Assembly (NCBI GenBank): GCA_033762915.1
Contig: JANRLD010000048.1
Location: 1 to 17,233 of the forward strand
DNA from: Meiothermus sp.
GTDB lineage: Bacteria > Deinococcota > Deinococci > Deinococcales > Thermaceae
Direction of reading: 5' to 3'
Length of the DNA: 17,233 nt
The position numbers and the translations under genes are program-made. Within the stretch, counting starts at the first letter, position 1; each line of letters opens with the position of its first letter. Positions 15,519-17,233 of the stretch are shown here, in pieces. A model generated the notes under the pieces. The model was not told the origin of the DNA. It worked only from the letters and a program-made list of their open reading frames with translations, and made no database searches.

Positions 15519-16295
15519 ATGCCTCGAGTCCTGTACATCACCACCGACGGAATGCGGCCTGACGCGCTCGAGGCCGCCCACACCCCCAACTTCCGGGCCC
15601 TCATGGAGCGCGGCAGCTACACCCTCGAGGGGCGCTCGGTGATGCCCAGCATCACCCTGCCCTGCCACATGAGCATCTTCCACAGCGTACCCCCGGAGCG
15701 GCACAACGTGCTCACCAACGACTTCACCCCGATGGCACGGCCGGTCCCGGGGCTGTTCGAGGTGCTGAGGCGGGCCGAAAAGCGCACCGCGATGTTTCAC
15801 TCTTGGGAGCCGCTGCGCGACGTGAGCCGCCCGGGCAGCCTGGCGCTGTCGAAGTTCATCGCCTACGATGCCAACCCCGAGGTCTCCGACCATCTGGTGC
15901 TCCAGACCGCCCTACCCTACCTGCGCTCCGGCGAATTCGACTTCACCTTCTTGTACTTCGGCACCATAGACGAGGTGGGGCACCTGGCGGGCTGGATGAG
16001 CAGGCGCTACCTCGAGCAGGTCGAGCAGATAGACGGCCTGCTGGGACAGGTGATCGAGGCGGTGCCGGCCGACACCACGGTGCTGGTGATGAGCGACCAC
16101 GGGGGCCACTACCGCTTCCACGGCACCGACCTGCCCGAAGACATGACCGTGCCCTTCTTCGCGTTGGGGCCGGGCATCCGGGCGGGCCGGAAGATCGAAC
16201 AGCCGGTGAGCCTGCTCGAGGTGGCCCCCACCGTGGCCCGGCTACTGGGCGTCGCACCGGCCGACGGCTGGGAGGGGCGGGCGCTCGATCTGTGA
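15519..16295 (+). CDS. Alkaline-phosphatase-superfamily hydrolase (NPP/phosphodiesterase-like), cytoplasmic
   Basis: DGMRPD, PSITLP (Thr nucleophile), DEVGH, SDHGGH, HG and VAPTVA..LG..P..W.GRAL. No signal peptide. Confidence 0.9.
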   Translation: MPRVLYITTDGMRPDALEAAHTPNFRALMERGSYTLEGRSVMPSITLPCHMSIFHSVPPERHNVLTNDFTPMARPVPGLFEVLRRAEKRTAMFHSWEPLRDVSRPGSLALSKFIAYDANPEVSDHLVLQTALPYLRSGEFDFTFLYFGTIDEVGHLAGWMSRRYLEQVEQIDGLLGQVIEAVPADTTVLVMSDHGGHYRFHGTDLPEDMTVPFFALGPGIRAGRKIEQPVSLLEVAPTVARLLGVAPADGWEGRALDL

Positions 16296-16302
16296 GGCAG
16301 GG

Positions 16303-17136
16303 CTACCGCGCGGCCAGCTCCGCCACCAATTCGTCGACCGTGGTGGCCCAGTCGGCCTCCAGGCCCGCCATCCGCCAGGGCTTGGCGTTGTGCCTGGCGA
16401 GCTTGCGGAGCGGGTTGGGCAGGGGCAGGTACTCGCCGTCGTGCAGGTAGAGCAGGGCCGAGACTTTGCCCAATCGGGAGCCGTAGCGGTGCATCCCGGC
16501 GGCCTCGAGGTCGGTAGGGAGTTCCAGGCCCAGCCCCAGGTTGAGGCCCTCGAGCCGCATCTCGGCCGGGGGCTTATCGGCCAGGAAGAGGTGCAGGCCC
16601 CTGGCTCCCAGGGCCTCGCGCAGGGGCCGCACAGCGACCGACTCCGCAAGCATGGGCTGGGCCACCAGCGCCACCAGGCCGCTGCCGGGCTGCACGGGGG
16701 CCTTGTAGCTGGGGGTGAGGAGCTTCTTGGTGCGCTCGAGGGCGCGGCGGGTCAGCATGGGGTTGCGGCTGAGGGTCTGGCCGACCTCGGCGGCCAGACC
16801 AGCAACCTCGAGCGAGAGCTCAGCGGGCACCGTCAGGACGGGTGGCAAACCGGGCACCAGGTTGCGCAGCATGGCCTCGAGATCGACCATCCAGGGCGAG
16901 GGGCGGCCCTTGCGCGACTCGACCCCCAACTGCACGTCGGGCAGCAACAGGTAGTCGACCCCCTGATTTTTCAGGCTAAAGACCTGCTCGATCACCCCCC
17001 GCACCGGCTCGGGCTGCGGCAGCCGCACGGCCTCGGGCTGGGGGGCCATCAGGGTCAGCTCGAGCTCGCCCAAATACGCCGTCCAAAACGGCAGATAACG
17101 GCTGCCCAGCCAGGTCTGCAAAAGGCCAATTCGCAC
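16303..17136 (-). CDS. Hypothetical protein; N-terminus weakly resembles acyl-CoA dehydratase activase-related (DUF2229) domains
   Basis: GC-rich third positions. GTG at 17136 gives MRIGLLQTWLGSRYLPFWTAYL..., and GVDYLLLP follows. TACACT lies 6 nt upstream of this GTG. Confidence 0.75.
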   Translation of the reverse strand: MRIGLLQTWLGSRYLPFWTAYLGELELTLMAPQPEAVRLPQPEPVRGVIEQVFSLKNQGVDYLLLPDVQLGVESRKGRPSPWMVDLEAMLRNLVPGLPPVLTVPAELSLEVAGLAAEVGQTLSRNPMLTRRALERTKKLLTPSYKAPVQPGSGLVALVAQPMLAESVAVRPLREALGARGLHLFLADKPPAEMRLEGLNLGLGLELPTDLEAAGMHRYGSRLGKVSALLYLHDGEYLPLPNPLRKLARHNAKPWRMAGLEADWATTVDELVAELAAR

Positions 17137-17142
17137 TATGGA

Positions 17143-17148
17143 AGTGTA
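17143..17148 (-). promoter_or_regulatory. -10 element (TACACT) of a probable leaderless transcript
   Basis: Minus strand reads TACACT-TCCATA-GTG. Confidence 0.6.
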
Positions 17149-17233
17149 CTCGAGGGGTGGGCAATGAGCAATGCGCGGGGGTGTGGGGGGCCGGGGCCCG
17201 GGGGTCAGCAGCGCGGCATCACTGCACACCTAT

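Noticed and set aside
1..17233. tRNA, rRNA, transposase, integrase or defence genes
   Set aside because: No cloverleaf or rRNA-like sequence in the intergenic gaps, and no ORF with such motifs.

Overview
A GC-rich bacterial chromosomal window that looks like Deinococcota, most likely Meiothermus/Calidithermus-like. That call is inferred from the TilS-TadA fusion, leaderless-type promoters, ALA-Q signal peptides and strong CTCGAG enrichment. In order it contains: the 3' part of a tilS-tadA fusion; a candidate glycolipid cluster (LpxB-like GT-B protein, two divergent GT4 glycosyltransferases, an LtaA-like MFS flippase, then a DegV fatty-acid-binding protein beyond a decayed pyroglutamyl-peptidase gene); a cupin; a 41-bp palindromic tandem repeat; a nitrogen block amt1-glnK-amt2 in which Amt2 has Glu in place of the first pore His; an ABC importer (AepX/PotD-like binding protein, two permeases, ATPase) with an alkaline-phosphatase-superfamily hydrolase; and a convergent hypothetical gene. 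I found no RNA genes, CRISPR array or transposase. All homology calls come from motif recognition by eye, not from database searches.
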